Source: an uncultured Atribacterota bacterium
Lineage (GTDB): Bacteria; Atribacterota; Phoenicimicrobiia; Phoenicimicrobiales; Stramentimicrobiaceae
Length of the DNA: 47,298 nucleotides
NCBI GenBank assembly: GCA_964404675.1
Contig: CAYOLB010000294.1
Location: 1 to 47,298 of the forward strand
Reading direction: 5' to 3'
The first letter of the stretch is position 1, and the number at the start of each line of letters is the position of its first letter. Below the pieces are notes generated by a model. That model ran no database searches. It was not told the DNA's origin and saw only the letters and a list, made by a program, of their open reading frames with translations. The translations under genes were made by a program, and so were the position numbers. This document shows positions 36,029-47,192 of the stretch, piece after piece.

Positions 36029-37255
36029 ATGGCAAATTATGAATCAGTATCTTACTTGAGAGAACAAAAACAAGAAAATCTTAAAAATAAAAAAGTATTG
36101 GTAAGGGTTGATTTCAATGTTCCATTAGATGAAAATTTGCAAGTTAGTGATGATACCAGAATTATTAAAGCCCTGGATACCATAAAATACCTTTTATCAG
36201 CGGAATGTATATTAATTCTTATGAGTCATTTAGGAAGACCAAAGGGAAAAGTTGTTGAAAAAATGAGGATGGATCCTGTTGGTAAATATTTAGCGAATTT
36301 GTTAAAAAAGGAAGTTATTAAGCTTGATGATTGCATTGGAGATAATGTAACAAGTGCGGTGTCAAAATCAAAGCCTGGTGATATTATTTTATTGGAAAAT
36401 TTAAGGTTTCATGAAGAAGAAGAAAAAAACGATAGTGATTTTGCACAAAAGCTAGCTTCTATAGCAGATATATATGTGAACGATGCGTTTGGTGCTGCTC
36501 ATAGGGCACATGCTTCAACTGCTGGCATTATTAAGTATTTACCGTCTTTTGCAGGTTTTTTAATGGAAAGAGAAGTCAAATCTTTAAACAAACTACTTAC
36601 TAACCCTGAAAAACCTTTTGTTGCAATAATTGGAGGAGCAAAAGTTTCAGGAAAGATTGAGGTGTTGGAAAGCTTAGTAAAAGTATGTGATGTCCTATTA
36701 ATCGGTGGGGGAATGGCTTACACTTTTTTAGCTGCCAAGGGATATAATGTAGGTAAATCTATTTTAGAAAAAGATTTGATCGATTATGTAAAAAAAATCA
36801 ATGAGGAAGCTGAAGAGCAAAATACTGAGATTGTAATACCTATAGATTCTATTATGGCCAGAGAGTTCAAGGAAGATGCAAAAAGTCTTAATTTACCAAC
36901 AGACAAAATAGAATCAGATATGATTGGTATGGATATAGGAGAATCTACTGTAGAGTTGTTTAAAAAGAAAATAGAAAATGCCAAAACAATATTTTGGAAT
37001 GGGCCTTTGGGGGTTTTCGAAATGGAAAAATTCTCTAAAGGTACAAATCAAATTGCCCAAAAGATAGCAAGTTTGGGTAATGATGTTTTTTCAGTTATTG
37101 GTGGAGGAGATTCAATAGCTGCTATTAATAAGATTGGTTTGTCTGATAAAATTTCTCATATATCTACAGGTGGAGGAGCCTCGCTGGAATTTTTAGCAGG
37201 GAAAAACCTTCCAGGATTAGAGGCATTAAAGGGAAAAGAGCATAACAAAGAGTAA
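36029..37255 (+). CDS. pgk: Phosphoglycerate kinase
   Basis: RVDFNVP, SHLGRP, LENLRF, NDAFG.AHRAHAS, GGAKVS.K, WNGP.GVFE, STGGGASLE. Confidence 0.97.
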   Translation: MANYESVSYLREQKQENLKNKKVLVRVDFNVPLDENLQVSDDTRIIKALDTIKYLLSAECILILMSHLGRPKGKVVEKMRMDPVGKYLANLLKKEVIKLDDCIGDNVTSAVSKSKPGDIILLENLRFHEEEEKNDSDFAQKLASIADIYVNDAFGAAHRAHASTAGIIKYLPSFAGFLMEREVKSLNKLLTNPEKPFVAIIGGAKVSGKIEVLESLVKVCDVLLIGGGMAYTFLAAKGYNVGKSILEKDLIDYVKKINEEAEEQNTEIVIPIDSIMAREFKEDAKSLNLPTDKIESDMIGMDIGESTVELFKKKIENAKTIFWNGPLGVFEMEKFSKGTNQIAQKIASLGNDVFSVIGGGDSIAAINKIGLSDKISHISTGGGASLEFLAGKNLPGLEALKGKEHNKE

Positions 37256-37343
37256 ATAAGAAAACTTAAAAATTTTATTGGTTTATAAAGTTTCCTATTT
37301 TATGGTTGTGATGCTTACTGTAAAAAAGTAGTTTTGAATATAT

Positions 37344-37383
37344 AAATAATAATGGATAGACAGATGTCTATCCATTATTATTT
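37344..37383. terminator. 19-bp perfect inverted repeat downstream of pgk (probable terminator)
   Basis: AAATAATAATGGATAGACA-GA-TGTCTATCCATTATTATTT followed by TT. Confidence 0.7.
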
Positions 37384-37474
37384 TTGAGAGATATATAAAT
37401 AATTATAAGAATAAGATTTTTTGTTTTTTCCATATTTACACTATTTATAATTAGGATGAAAGGAATGATGAATA

Positions 37475-37502
37475 TTGACAAAGAAAAATAATGTTGTATA
37501 AT
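37475..37502 (+). promoter_or_regulatory. sigma70/sigmaA promoter of the CsoR-family gene
   Basis: TTGACA-N16-TATAAT. Confidence 0.7.
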
Positions 37503-37506
37503 TTAG

Positions 37507-37523
37507 ATACCCTAGGGGGGTAT
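37507..37523. promoter_or_regulatory. CsoR-type operator
   Basis: ATACCCTAGGGGGGTAT: TAC/GTA arms flanking C/G tracts, just downstream of the -10 and upstream of a CsoR-family gene. Confidence 0.75.
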
Positions 37524-37531
37524 AATGATTT

Positions 37532-37816
37532 ATGTCAAAACATGAAAATATTGATGAATTAAACAAAATTAAAATATTACAGCGTCTAAAAAGAATAGAA
37601 GGACAAATCAGGGGAATACAGGGAATGTTGCTTGATAACCGCTCCTATGAAGAAATATTGATGCAGGTATCAGCAGTAAAATCAGCACTAAATAGAGTTA
37701 ATAAATTAATCTTAGAGGAAAAAGTTAATTCATGTTTTAATTATTCTGAGGAAATATATCTTCCTCAGAGTGCCCTTGATGAGATTATAGAGTTAATAAA
37801 CAGATTTGTAAGGTAA
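37532..37816 (+). CDS. CsoR/RcnR-family transcriptional repressor with atypical ligand set
   Basis: RLKRIEGQIRGI..M, IL.Q.SAV.SAL; ligand positions are Y39/K64/C68 instead of C/H/C. Confidence 0.88.
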   Translation: MSKHENIDELNKIKILQRLKRIEGQIRGIQGMLLDNRSYEEILMQVSAVKSALNRVNKLILEEKVNSCFNYSEEIYLPQSALDEIIELINRFVR

Positions 37817-37817
37817 A

Positions 37818-37847
37818 TTGACATAGTTTTATATTTTATCCTATAAT
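37818..37847 (+). promoter_or_regulatory. sigma70/sigmaA promoter of mcsA-mcsB-clpC
   Basis: TTGACA-N18-TATAAT. Confidence 0.65.
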
Positions 37848-37883
37848 TGGGCGAAAGAAATACCTGGAAAGAAGGTTTATATT

Positions 37884-38423
37884 ATGTTATGTCAGATGTG
37901 TAAAAAAAATGAAGCGACTATAAAGATAGTAAAAGTTGTCGGAATGAGCAAAACAGAGATTAATGTTTGTAGTGAATGTGCCAATTATCTTTTGGGAAGC
38001 ACTATTTCATCAATATCGTTTTCTCAAAATAGCATAAATGAGATTTTAGGTAATCTATTAAATGCATTCTATAAATACAGCGAAGAGGATAATTATAGTT
38101 CACAAGAAATTGTTCTCAAATGTGCTAATTGTGGTCTAACATATAATGAATTTGTAAAAACTGGTAAACTAGGTTGCAATAAATGCTATGAAACATTTAC
38201 AAAGCAAATAAAACCACTTTTAGATAGATTACATGGTAAGAGTGAGCATGTAGGTAAGATACCGAATAAGGTTAAAGTTCGAATTGATAGATTGCAAAAA
38301 ATTAAAAAAATAAAAGAGGAATTGCAGAAAGCAGTATCAAAAGAAGAATACGAAAAGGCTGCAAAATTGAGAGATAAGATTATTGAGGAAGAAAAAAAAG
38401 TTGGAACTAAAGGGAATGAATGA
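37884..38423 (+). CDS. mcsA: Protein-arginine kinase activator McsA
   Basis: Four CxxC motifs, GKLGC..CY..F, H.GK.P, C-terminal UVR motif EEYEKAA.LRD. Confidence 0.92.
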   Translation: MLCQMCKKNEATIKIVKVVGMSKTEINVCSECANYLLGSTISSISFSQNSINEILGNLLNAFYKYSEEDNYSSQEIVLKCANCGLTYNEFVKTGKLGCNKCYETFTKQIKPLLDRLHGKSEHVGKIPNKVKVRIDRLQKIKKIKEELQKAVSKEEYEKAAKLRDKIIEEEKKVGTKGNE

Positions 38424-39483
38424 TAACAATGGTAAATTTATTAAGGAATTAAGGGATTCAACGGCTCAGTGGGTAAAAGGATATGGTCCTAAAAATCATA
38501 TCGTTGTTAGCTCAAGAATAAGGTTAGCTAGAAATATTAAAGATATCCCTTTTCCTGTTAAAGCCAGTGATAAACAATTAGAAATAGTTTTAAAAAAAAT
38601 TGAAAAAATAGTAAAAGATAAAAAGGACTTTGCAAATTTTAAAATTATTAAAATTGATAAATTGTCATCAATACCAAGAAATTTTCTAATTCAGAAAAGA
38701 TTAATTAGTATAGCACTGGCGTCAGTTGATAGACTAAACAGTGCGCTTATTTATGATCCTGAAGAGATTAACAGTATAATGATAAATGAAGAAGACCATT
38801 TGCGATTACAATGTATGCTACCAGGTTTTCAGTTGCAGAAAGTGTGGGAATTGATTAATCAGTATGACAATAAGATAGAAGAAGAAGTTGAATATGCCTT
38901 TGATGAGTTACACGGCTTTCTTACTTGTTGCCCTACTAATGTCGGGACCGGGTTAAGAGCTTCTGCAATGCTTCATTTGCCTGCTTTAATAATTTTAAAT
39001 CGCTTAAATGAATTATTAAAATCAATATCAAATAAGGGGTATGCAGTAAGAGGGTTTTATGGAGAAGGTACTGATTTTCAGGGGAATCTGTTTCAAATAT
39101 CAAACCAGACAACATTGGGTTTAAGGGAAATGGAAATTATTGAAAAGCTGGAGAGTGTTGTAGAAAACTTAAATAATAAAGAGCAAGAAGCGAGAGAAGA
39201 GTTAATGATAAAAGCGAAGAAAAAAATTGAAGACCAGGTTATGCGGTCATATGGAATACTAACAAATGCCAGGATTATCTCAACATCTGAAGCAGTAAAT
39301 TTATTATCAAATATCAGGTTTGGAATAGAAATGGGAATATTGGTCAAGATAGGTTATGATACAATAAATCGTTTAATGACAATCATACAACCAGGATATT
39401 TGCAACTAATAAAAGGTAAGAAGATGAATCAGATGGAAAGAGGCGAAGCCAGGGCAGACCTTGTCAAGGAGTTACTAATTTGA
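38416..39483 (+). CDS. mcsB: Protein-arginine kinase McsB
   Basis: SSRIRLARN, MINEEDHLR, CPTNVGTGLRAS..LHLP, RG.YGEG, QISNQ.TLG; ATG overlaps the 3' end of mcsA. Confidence 0.93.
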   Translation: MNDNNGKFIKELRDSTAQWVKGYGPKNHIVVSSRIRLARNIKDIPFPVKASDKQLEIVLKKIEKIVKDKKDFANFKIIKIDKLSSIPRNFLIQKRLISIALASVDRLNSALIYDPEEINSIMINEEDHLRLQCMLPGFQLQKVWELINQYDNKIEEEVEYAFDELHGFLTCCPTNVGTGLRASAMLHLPALIILNRLNELLKSISNKGYAVRGFYGEGTDFQGNLFQISNQTTLGLREMEIIEKLESVVENLNNKEQEAREELMIKAKKKIEDQVMRSYGILTNARIISTSEAVNLLSNIRFGIEMGILVKIGYDTINRLMTIIQPGYLQLIKGKKMNQMERGEARADLVKELLI

Positions 39484-39633
39484 TATAAAGTATTTGGATA
39501 TTCTCCAAGCAGGATATTTTATTATAAGAAATTATTGTCAGTATGGAGTTTTTCGCAAAATTATAAACAAAAAGTAATTTTAGAAGATTATTAGTAAGAA
39601 TAATCTAATAGGGAAGGATTGGAAGAATAGAAA

Positions 39634-42096
39634 ATGTTTAAAAGATATACAGAAAAAGTTAGAAAAGTTATTATGATGGCACAGGAAGAAGCTGTCAATC
39701 TTAATCATAATTATATTGGTACTGAGCATATTTTAGTTGGCTTAGTAAAAGAGAATGAAGGGATTGCCGGGAAGGTATTGCGGGATGTCGGCGTAGAGCC
39801 TGACAAAATTATTGAAGAAATTGAAAAAATTGTAGGGAAAGGCGAGTACCAGGAAGTAAGTGAAATAACATTCACTCCCAGGGCAAAAAAAGTATTAGAA
39901 CTAGCTTCACAGGAAGCTACTCAGTTGGGACAAAATTATATTGGGACAGAACATTTATTATTAGGATTAATCAAAGAAGGAAGTGGTGTAGCTACTAGAA
40001 TCCTAAGTGAAATGGGTATCGATCTTGATAGTATCTATTCCCAAATCATGAGAATATTAATGGAAAGCGGACAGTCAGAAACAACAGCTACTGGAGGTAG
40101 TATCAGAAAAGATAGCAAGGTCCCTACTTTAGATGAATTTGGGAGGGATTTAACTGAGCTTGCCCGAGAGGATAAACTAGACCCGGTTATCGGTAGAAAT
40201 AATGAGATTCAGCGAGTATTGCAGATATTAAGCCGAAGAAAGAAAAATAATCCATGCTTGATTGGTGAAGCGGGTGTTGGCAAAACTGCTATTGTAGAAG
40301 GATTAGCCCAAAAGATTGCCAGCAATGATGTGCCGGAAATACTAAAAGGGAAGAGAATTATAAGTTTAGACCTAGCATTAATAGTTGCTGGAACTAAATA
40401 TAGAGGTGAATTTGAAAAACGTTTAAAGAAAATTGTAAAAGAAGTTCAAAATTCAAATGACGTTATCTTGTTTATTGATGAACTTCATACATTGGTTGGA
40501 GCTGGTGCGGCTGAGGGAGCTATTGATGCTTCAAATATTTTAAAACCGGCTTTAGCAAGGGGAGAGATACAGGCTATTGGTGCAACAACTACTGATGAAT
40601 ATAGAAAATATATTGAAAAAGACAAGGCATTGGAAAGACGTTTTCAACCAATATATGTTTTGGAACCATCAATTGAAGAGGCTATTCAGATATTATCAGG
40701 ATTACGTGACAAGTATGAAGCCCATCACAAACTTACTATTAGTGAAACGGCCTTAGTTTCTGCAGTAAAATTAGCTGCTAGATATGTCTCAGGAAGATTT
40801 TTACCTGACAAAGCAATTGATGTTATTGATGAAGCTTCTGCAAGAGTTAAGTTAAAAAATACAGTTTATCCACCTAATGTAAAAGAGGTAGAAGACCAAT
40901 TGCTAAAGATAAGAAAAGAAAAAGAAGCCGCGGTTAAATTACAAGAGTTTGAAAAGGCTGCAAAATTAAGAGACAAAGAAAGAAAGGCTATGGAACGCTA
41001 TAACGAAATCAAGAAAGAATGGGAAACAGGGCGAACTAAGGATAAGATAGAAGTAACAGTTGAGGATGTAGCGGAGGTAGTTTCCACCTGGAGTGGTGTT
41101 CCTGTATATTCTCTGAAGGAAGAGGAGACAAAAAAGCTTATTCGTATGGAAGAGGAATTACACAAGAGAATCGTTGGTCAGGATGAAGCAATAAATGCAA
41201 TATCAAAGGCAGTAAGAAGGGCTCGGGCTGGGATGAAAGATCCGAAAAGACCAATTGGTTCTTTTATTTTTCTAGGACCCACTGGAGTAGGCAAAACTGA
41301 ACTAGCGAGGAGTTTAGCAGAATTTCTTTTTGGAGACGAAAACGCAATGATTAGTTTAGATATGTCCGAATATATGGAAAAATTTGCAGTTTCCCGTTTG
41401 GTAGGAGCTCCTCCAGGATATGTTGGCTATGAAGAAGGTGGACAGTTAACAGAAAAAGTTAGAAGACGCCCATACTCAGTATTATTGCTTGATGAAATAG
41501 AGAAAGCACACCCGGATGTTTTCAATATTCTTTTACAGATATTTGAAGATGGTAGACTAACAGATGCTCAAGGGAGAGTGGTAGATTTTAAGAATACAGT
41601 AATCATCATGACATCAAATGTTGGAGCGACCCTGATTAAAAAAGGCAAATCTTTAGGATTCAGAAGTGCTAATGAACCTGATCAAATGTCTTATAAGGAT
41701 ATTAAAGAAAGCGTAATGGGGGAACTAAACAAGACCTTTAGACCTGAATTTCTTAATCGTATTGATGAAGTCATTGTATTTAAGAGTTTAACAGAAAACG
41801 AAATAAAAGATATTGCGGATTTATTGCTTGGTGAAGTGAAGGAATTATTAAAAGACCAAAAAATTACAGCGACTATAAAAAGAAGTGCAAAAGAAGTATT
41901 GGCAAAAGAAGGATATGACCCTAACTTTGGAGCAAGACCATTAAGAAGGACAATTGAAAGGTTAGTAGAAAATCCAATTTCTGAAAAAATACTTGCAGGA
42001 GATTTTAAGGAAAACGACCATATCGTGGTAAAGGGTAAAAAGGGAAAGATTGTCTTTGAGAAAAGCAAAGAAAAAATCGATAAGAAAAATGAGTGA
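39634..42096 (+). CDS. clpC: ATP-dependent Clp protease ATP-binding subunit ClpC
   Basis: Two Clp_N repeats (IGTEH), GEAGVGKT and GPTGVGKT Walker A motifs, UVR middle domain, GAPPGYVGY. Confidence 0.96.
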   Translation: MFKRYTEKVRKVIMMAQEEAVNLNHNYIGTEHILVGLVKENEGIAGKVLRDVGVEPDKIIEEIEKIVGKGEYQEVSEITFTPRAKKVLELASQEATQLGQNYIGTEHLLLGLIKEGSGVATRILSEMGIDLDSIYSQIMRILMESGQSETTATGGSIRKDSKVPTLDEFGRDLTELAREDKLDPVIGRNNEIQRVLQILSRRKKNNPCLIGEAGVGKTAIVEGLAQKIASNDVPEILKGKRIISLDLALIVAGTKYRGEFEKRLKKIVKEVQNSNDVILFIDELHTLVGAGAAEGAIDASNILKPALARGEIQAIGATTTDEYRKYIEKDKALERRFQPIYVLEPSIEEAIQILSGLRDKYEAHHKLTISETALVSAVKLAARYVSGRFLPDKAIDVIDEASARVKLKNTVYPPNVKEVEDQLLKIRKEKEAAVKLQEFEKAAKLRDKERKAMERYNEIKKEWETGRTKDKIEVTVEDVAEVVSTWSGVPVYSLKEEETKKLIRMEEELHKRIVGQDEAINAISKAVRRARAGMKDPKRPIGSFIFLGPTGVGKTELARSLAEFLFGDENAMISLDMSEYMEKFAVSRLVGAPPGYVGYEEGGQLTEKVRRRPYSVLLLDEIEKAHPDVFNILLQIFEDGRLTDAQGRVVDFKNTVIIMTSNVGATLIKKGKSLGFRSANEPDQMSYKDIKESVMGELNKTFRPEFLNRIDEVIVFKSLTENEIKDIADLLLGEVKELLKDQKITATIKRSAKEVLAKEGYDPNFGARPLRRTIERLVENPISEKILAGDFKENDHIVVKGKKGKIVFEKSKEKIDKKNE

Positions 42097-42145
42097 ATGG
42101 TAATTTCTAACAATTAGAGAGTTAAAATAGTTCAGTAAAAATAAT

Positions 42146-43516
42146 ATGAAAAAAAATGTTAAAGAATATTACAGGTGCAAAAATTGCGATTACGAAACCC
42201 CACAATGGTTAGGACGCTGTCCCAGTTGTGGGGCTTGGAATAGTTTTATCAGTTATGAAAGAACTGAAAAAAAAACTACAAGCAATAAAGAAAGCAATTT
42301 AGCTAAACCCATTAATTTATTTAATTTTAATGATGAAATTCAGCGGTATAATTCAGGAATTACAGAATTTGATAGAGTTTTAGGAGGGGGAATAGTACTG
42401 GGTTCGCTAGTACTTATTGGTGGGGAACCTGGAATTGGGAAATCTACTTTAGCTCTGCAGGCTGCAAATAATTTTTCCCAAAATGTTGGAAAATCTTTAT
42501 ATATTACAGCAGAAGAATCAATCAGGCAAATAAACATGAGAGCAAATCGCTTATCCGTAAATTCGCAAAATCTTTATTTGCTTTCAGAGACTGATTTAGA
42601 AAAAATAATTGAACAGATACTTAATATTAAGCCAAAAATTGCAATTATAGATTCTATTCAAATAATCAATGACAGTACAGTATTTTCTTCACCAGGTAGC
42701 GTTAATCAAGTTAAAAGCTGTACTTCAAAATTAATGGAGATTGCTAAGAAAAATAATGTTGCCTTGATTATTATTGGTCATGTTACAAAGGGGGGTGCAA
42801 TAGCAGGACCAAAAATATTAGAGCACATGGTAGATACTGTGTTATACCTGGAAGGAGAAAGATTTCATTCATTCAGACTACTGCGTTGCATAAAAAATCG
42901 TTTTGGAACAACAAACGAATTGGGAATATTTCAAATGAAAAACGAAGGATTACAAGAGGTAAAAAATCCTTCAAAGGTACTCTTATCTTCCCGAGAACAA
43001 TCAATACCAGGCACGGTCACTACAGTAACTTTCGAAGGTAGCCGCCCGTTAGCAGTGGAGATTGAAGCTTTGGTCAATTCATCTTTTTTGACTAATCCAA
43101 GAAGAATAACAACAGGAGTAGATTACAATAGAGTTTCTTTAATAATTGCTGTGTTAGAAAATAGACTTGGTTTACAATTTCAATACAAAGATATTTATGT
43201 AAATGCTGCCGGTGGTATTAAAATAAGTGAACCAGCAATTGATTTGGGGATTGCCTTAGCAATTATTAGTAGTATCAAGTGTTCCGCTATTAATATGGAT
43301 ACTGTAGCCTTTGGAGAATTAGGGTTGACAGGCGAATTAAGGTCTGTTGGAATGAGTGAACAAAGAATAAAGGAAGCTCAAAAAATTGGATATAAGAAAA
43401 TTATTATGCCTTTGGAGAATGCCAAACAATTATCTGCGTCCTTTTCTAATACAATAAAAATTGAAGGTATTTATAATGTAAAGGAGCTAATGAATGTAAT
43501 AAAGCAGTCTGAGTGA
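42146..43516 (+). CDS. radA: DNA repair protein RadA/Sms
   Basis: CxxC..W.GRCxxC zinc finger, GEPGIGKST, KNRFG, Lon-like C-terminus. Confidence 0.96.
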   Translation: MKKNVKEYYRCKNCDYETPQWLGRCPSCGAWNSFISYERTEKKTTSNKESNLAKPINLFNFNDEIQRYNSGITEFDRVLGGGIVLGSLVLIGGEPGIGKSTLALQAANNFSQNVGKSLYITAEESIRQINMRANRLSVNSQNLYLLSETDLEKIIEQILNIKPKIAIIDSIQIINDSTVFSSPGSVNQVKSCTSKLMEIAKKNNVALIIIGHVTKGGAIAGPKILEHMVDTVLYLEGERFHSFRLLRCIKNRFGTTNELGIFQMKNEGLQEVKNPSKVLLSSREQSIPGTVTTVTFEGSRPLAVEIEALVNSSFLTNPRRITTGVDYNRVSLIIAVLENRLGLQFQYKDIYVNAAGGIKISEPAIDLGIALAIISSIKCSAINMDTVAFGELGLTGELRSVGMSEQRIKEAQKIGYKKIIMPLENAKQLSASFSNTIKIEGIYNVKELMNVIKQSE

Positions 43517-43559
43517 TATAATAAAATAAAAAAAGGATTGACAATATTTTTGTATAATT

Positions 43560-43588
43560 TTGACACTAAATTTGGCAAATGATATAAT
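43560..43588 (+). promoter_or_regulatory. Consensus sigma70/sigmaA promoter upstream of PIN/TRAM-cysS
   Basis: TTGACA-N17-TATAAT with extended TGn. Confidence 0.75.
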
Positions 43589-43826
43589 TTAAATGCTTTT
43601 TAACTATTTTTAGTTGTTTTCATTTATCTTATTATCCATAGGGAATTAACTTCTTTGAAAGCGATAATGGTTAAATATAAGGGAATATATTTTGAGTACT
43701 TTTTCAAAACAATATCTTTGTGGGTGTGATATTTATTGATTAAAGTAGAATAAAAAGGTGGTGATTGCTGCAAATAATAAAGCATAAAAGGAACTAATGG
43801 AAAATTGAATAAAGGAGGTATTAATT

Positions 43827-44966
43827 TTGTCAGGAGTATTAAGAAAAATATTTTGTGTTATTTTTATTCTGGCAGGTGGTTTTATAGGTTATGAAATAAT
43901 TCCTGGCATAAGAGCCATATCAAATATAGAATTCTTAATTAATCAAAAATGGCTTTTATACATTTTATCATTTATTATAGGAAGTTTTTTTGGATTTATA
44001 ATATTTATACTAAGTAACAAAAAATTAAGCTCTCTAGGTGAAAGATTCATAACCTTTTTTTTAAAAATACCTACTCAGAATATACTTTCAGGTGTTTTAG
44101 GTTTAATTGTTGGTTTAATTATTGCTAATTTGCTAGCATATTCATTGTCTTTTATTCCTTTTGTTGGTAATTATCTTCCCATAATACTTAATGTAACACT
44201 TGGCTTATTAGGAATAATTTTAGGTTTAAACAAAAGAGAAGAAAGTGTTAACTTTTATAGAAAAAGCATAGGGAGATTTAAAAAGAAAGATAAAGTCTCA
44301 CAATACCAACCAAAAATATTAGATACAAGTGTTATTATTGATGGCAGAGTGGCAGATATTTGCCAAACAGATTTTTTAGAAGGAGAATTAATTATACCGA
44401 GATTTGTATTAAATGAGTTACAGGCTATTGCTGATTCCTCTGAACCGCTAAAAAGAAATCGGGGTAGAAGAGGTTTAGATGTTTTAAATAAAATTAATAA
44501 AATTCACATAAATAAAATCAAAATAATAAGTCAAGATTATCCAGATTTGAAAAGCGTTGATACAAAATTGATAAGGCTAGCAAAAGACCTTGATGCTAAA
44601 GTATTAACGAATGATTATAATCTTAATAAACTAGCCCAATTAGAAAATGTGTCTGTATTAAATATTAATGATCTTTCTAACGCATTAAAATCAGTAATTT
44701 TACCAGGAGAAGAATTGATAACACAGATTATAAAAGAAGGCAAAGAAACAGGGCAGGGAGTTGCCTATTTAGATGATGGTACGATGATTGTCATTGAAAA
44801 CGGTGTTAAAAATATTGGAGACAAAGTTAAAGTTATAGTAACGAGTATTTTGCAAACCCCTGCTGGGAGAATGATATTTGGTAGGGTAAAAGAAAAAATA
44901 ATAAACAAGAGAAATTATGATTCCAGTGAGACAAAAATATCTTATTATAATAAAAGAAACCGATGA
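43827..44966 (+). CDS. Membrane PIN/TRAM domain protein (YacL family)
   Basis: About four TMs; [48 protein letters not shown]; AAGGAGG RBS and TTG start. Confidence 0.9.
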   Translation: MSGVLRKIFCVIFILAGGFIGYEIIPGIRAISNIEFLINQKWLLYILSFIIGSFFGFIIFILSNKKLSSLGERFITFFLKIPTQNILSGVLGLIVGLIIANLLAYSLSFIPFVGNYLPIILNVTLGLLGIILGLNKREESVNFYRKSIGRFKKKDKVSQYQPKILDTSVIIDGRVADICQTDFLEGELIIPRFVLNELQAIADSSEPLKRNRGRRGLDVLNKINKIHINKIKIISQDYPDLKSVDTKLIRLAKDLDAKVLTNDYNLNKLAQLENVSVLNINDLSNALKSVILPGEELITQIIKEGKETGQGVAYLDDGTMIVIENGVKNIGDKVKVIVTSILQTPAGRMIFGRVKEKIINKRNYDSSETKISYYNKRNR

Positions 44967-45024
44967 AAAACAAAGAATTTTTGCTGATTAAACTCGATTA
45001 ATATTTAGAAATGGGGAGATAGAA

Positions 45025-46452
45025 TTGGTCTTAAAATTGTATAATACTTTAGGCGGGAAGAAAGAAGAATTCCTTCCTTTAAAGGAAGGAAAAGTAGGTA
45101 TGTATGTTTGTGGTCCAACGGTTTATGATTTTTTTCATATCGGTAATGCCAGGCCCTTTTTAATGTTCGAAGTTTTAAGAAGGTATTTAATATTTAAAGG
45201 ATTTAAAGTAAAATATGTTACAAATTTTACTGATATTGATGATAAAGTAATTAAAAAGGCAAATGAGCTTGGAATAGATTTTTCGGAAGTTGCAAAACGA
45301 TTTATAAAAGAATATTTTAAAGATGCTGATTGTTTAAATATAGGTAGGGCTGATGTTTATCCTCGTGCTACTGATCATATAACTGACATAATTGATTTTA
45401 TTAAGAGATTAGAAGAGAAGGGATATGCCTATTCAGTTGATGGGGATGTATTTTTTGATGTTAGTCGTTTTAAGGAATACGGGAAGCTATCAAAACAAAA
45501 TTTAGATGAGATTAGAGCTGGAGAAAGAGTTGAACTCGATGAAAGAAAAAGAAATCCATATGATTTTGTATTATGGAAAAAGGCCAAAAAAGATGAACCT
45601 TATTGGGATAGCCCATGGGGTTATGGAAGGCCTGGTTGGCATATTGAATGTTCAGTAATGTCTCGAAAATATCTGGGGGAGAGTTTTGATATACATGCTG
45701 GAGGCGCTGATTTAATATTTCCCCACCATGAGAATGAAATTGCTCAAAGCGAGGCTTTGAGTGGGAAAATGTTCGCTAAATATTGGTTGCATAATGGTTA
45801 TTTAAAAATTGATAATAAAAAAATGTCTAAATCACTTGGAAACATTTTAAAGATAAGAGAACTTTGTCAGAATTATGATGGTTCAGTTATTCGACATTTT
45901 TTACTTTCTGCACATTATAGGAGTCCACTGAATTTTTCAGTAGAACAGATTGACCAATCAAAGAATAGCATGGAGACCCTAAATAATATTATTTACAATA
46001 TCCAATTTTTAATAAGACAAGCTAGTCTCAGTGAAAAAAATGATTTTGAAGAAAAAGAATTGTTAAATATTAAATCAAAAATGGAAAAAATGTTTATAAA
46101 AGCAATGGATGATGATTTAAATACCCCTGTGGCATTGAGTACATTGTTTGTACTGGCCAAGAGTGTTAACAAATACTTAAATAATAATAAGGATAAAAAT
46201 GGAGCTGTCTTGACTGAGATATTGGATTTTTATGAGAAATATGGTTCTCAGATTCTTGGATTTGAAGATATATCAAAAAAAGGACAAGCTAAGGAAATAA
46301 AAAATACAGAAATTGAGGAAATGATAAAAGAGAGGGAAATAGCCAGAAAAAATAAAGATTGGGAAAGTGCAGATAAAATAAGAGAAGAATTGAAAAACAT
46401 GGGTATTGTTTTAGAGGATACAAAAGAAGGAATGCGTTGGAAAAAGGCTTGA
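45025..46452 (+). CDS. cysS: Cysteine--tRNA ligase
   Basis: [38 protein letters not shown]. Confidence 0.97.
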   Translation: MVLKLYNTLGGKKEEFLPLKEGKVGMYVCGPTVYDFFHIGNARPFLMFEVLRRYLIFKGFKVKYVTNFTDIDDKVIKKANELGIDFSEVAKRFIKEYFKDADCLNIGRADVYPRATDHITDIIDFIKRLEEKGYAYSVDGDVFFDVSRFKEYGKLSKQNLDEIRAGERVELDERKRNPYDFVLWKKAKKDEPYWDSPWGYGRPGWHIECSVMSRKYLGESFDIHAGGADLIFPHHENEIAQSEALSGKMFAKYWLHNGYLKIDNKKMSKSLGNILKIRELCQNYDGSVIRHFLLSAHYRSPLNFSVEQIDQSKNSMETLNNIIYNIQFLIRQASLSEKNDFEEKELLNIKSKMEKMFIKAMDDDLNTPVALSTLFVLAKSVNKYLNNNKDKNGAVLTEILDFYEKYGSQILGFEDISKKGQAKEIKNTEIEEMIKEREIARKNKDWESADKIREELKNMGIVLEDTKEGMRWKKA

Positions 46453-46478
46453 CTATATTGAAAAGCCTAGTCTATAAT
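46449..46478 (+). promoter_or_regulatory. Putative promoter of sigH
   Basis: TTGACT-N18-TATAAT. Confidence 0.5.
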
Positions 46479-46556
46479 TTAATAAAATTTTCCAACTTAG
46501 TATTTCTCAAAAATATATAATGAAGAACATTGCTATTTCTTGATAGAGGTGTTCAA

Positions 46557-47192
46557 TTGGATGTTTTTGTGAAAGAAAATATTAATGCTTTTCGTAACTA
46601 CAATGACCGAGTATTGGTAAATATGGCTAATGCCGGTAATTATTTAGCTGAAGAATACATAATTAATAAGTATAAAAAAATGGTAAAAATGAAGGCCAGG
46701 GCTTATTTTTTAGTAGGAGCAGATAAAGAAGACTTAATTCAAGAAGGAATGATTGGCTTATATAAGGCAGTTAGAAGCTATGATAATTATAAAATGCCTT
46801 CTTTTAAGATGTTTGCAGAAATTTGCGTAAACAGGCAGATTATAACAGCTGTAAAAATGGCTACAAGAAAAAAACATAAGCCGTTGAATTTTTCCATATC
46901 ATTAAACCAACCGATTTGTTATAATGATTCTGATAAGACATTACTGGATATTGTTAGTGATGTGAATACTAATGATCCAATGTGCCTTTTTATAACTCAA
47001 GAAAAATTTAGTGAAATAAAATCAAAATTACAAGAAATTCTTTCTAAATTAGAAATAAGGGTATTAGAATCATACCTTGAAGGCAAGACATATAAGGAAA
47101 TTGCCTCAGAGATTAATAAAAGCGTTAAGTCTATCGACAATGCTATACAAAGAATTAAATCAAAACTGGGATTTGCTAATAAATTAAATTGA
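46557..47192 (+). CDS. sigH: RNA polymerase sigma factor SigH family
   Basis: KAR.YFL.GADKEDLIQEGMIGLYKA, RQIITA.K.ATR.KH.PLN, KSIDNA.QR.K; AGAGGTG RBS favours TTG at 46557 over 46530. Confidence 0.9.
   Translation: MDVFVKENINAFRNYNDRVLVNMANAGNYLAEEYIINKYKKMVKMKARAYFLVGADKEDLIQEGMIGLYKAVRSYDNYKMPSFKMFAEICVNRQIITAVKMATRKKHKPLNFSISLNQPICYNDSDKTLLDIVSDVNTNDPMCLFITQEKFSEIKSKLQEILSKLEIRVLESYLEGKTYKEIASEINKSVKSIDNAIQRIKSKLGFANKLN

Noticed and set aside
1512-42537. The many short minus-strand and out-of-frame ORFs in the track (e.g. 3666-3998, 25706-26227, 41691-42113, 6554-6871)
   Set aside because: They overlap well-supported + strand genes, lack recognisable motifs, and have the composition of antisense shadows
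43765-43797. 10-codon leader peptide (TTG...TAA) after AAGGTGGTGA
   Set aside because: SD-to-start spacing is too short and there is no informative codon pattern or attenuator
43827-44966. VapC-type toxin-antitoxin module
   Set aside because: It is the conserved membrane PIN/TRAM (YacL) protein in its usual location, with no antitoxin gene
26383-47192. Evidence of endospore formation from SpoIVB-like and SigH genes
   Set aside because: Both families occur in non-sporulating bacteria and no core sporulation genes are in the window
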